From contig PS015097.1 in assembly GCA_048213135.1 (NCBI GenBank), positions 424,724 through 462,407 on the forward strand: DNA of 37,684 nucleotides, in the 5' to 3' direction. Positions 37,401-37,684 of this stretch are shown in pieces (position 1 is the stretch's first letter; each line of letters opens with the position of its first letter). The notes beneath the pieces were generated by a model, which saw only the letters and a list, made by a program, of their open reading frames with translations, was not told where the DNA came from and searched no databases. This DNA comes from Reclinomonas americana ATCC 50394 (lineage: Eukaryota). Made by a program: the position numbers and the translations under genes.

Positions 37401-37684
37401 CGCCACCACCCCAGGCGCCGCCGTCGGCGCCCCGCAAGCGTGGTGTCCGTGGCGGCGGCGGCGCATCGCCGTCGTCGTCGCAGGCGCCCCCACTCGACGC
37501 GCCGACAATGACGCGGTCGATGAAGCGCACACTGCAGGAGATCAGTCGCAATGATGACGAGGAAGAGGAGGAGGAGGAGGAGGAGGAGGGCGGCGGCGAG
37601 AAGGGCATCATGGCCGTCGACGAGCGGGCCGTGTTTCCGCCCAAGGTGTCGGTGATTTCGGAGCCGATTCAGCAGAAGCGGCGC
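34466..37684 (+). CDS. HOP1: Meiotic HORMA-domain axis protein (Hop1/ASY1/HORMAD) with a central winged-helix and a C-terminal closure-like motif; runs off the window end
   Basis: HORMA motifs: QSETLVRNLMRTSISSICYLRNLFPDDCF, LIDWLEKGVFHALKLKY|LKTLIFGI, ESYYFHFRY, LRTLISLIQTLPPLADTRFLTMRLLYYDDITPPDYEPDYF, IGEVRTPYHEMSLRV. wHTH: VSVSSLARALDTTSFAARAILKRMEDEGIV. Tail: KVSVISEPIQQKRR. Confidence 0.93.
34644..35339 (+). repeat. Long pyrimidine-rich intron 1 of the HORMA gene, built from diverged internal repeats
   Basis: ctgtctcttgccgct…cgttcctc occurs at ~34763 and ~34939; cgtgccagtccttgctgttg at ~34875 and ~34998. Confidence 0.65.

Overview
Gappy draft scaffold from an intron-rich, gene-dense, microsatellite-rich microbial eukaryote; a nucleus-encoded mitochondrial uS15 implies mitochondria with their own ribosome, but the lineage cannot be assigned from this window. 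Splicing the genes by hand gives nine protein-coding genes: a TPR/Zn-motif protein (-, 3'-partial), RPS30 (+, with a 5-nt microexon), a signal-peptide RI-type LRR protein (-), a large MAP3K-type kinase-STAND NTPase-ankyrin (NLR-like) protein (-), WDR82/Swd2 (+), NDOR1/Tah18 (+), RINT1/TIP20 (+, 5'-partial), mitochondrial uS15 (-) and a meiotic HORMA protein of the Hop1/ASY1 type (+, runs off the window). The first ~6.3 kb is fragmented repeat DNA with only weak coding signal. Two observations stand out. (1) There is an abundant second class of 5' splice sites, H|GTTGCG (once A|GTTGAG), which is the usual G|GTGCG or G|GTGAG motif displaced by one base. By my count it is 19 of ~83 introns, and it lacks both -1G and +5G. 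(2) An NLR-like kinase-STAND-ankyrin receptor carries a SAM/BAF-like insert and is followed 67 bp downstream by a secreted LRR gene. All gene models are manual and have no transcript support.
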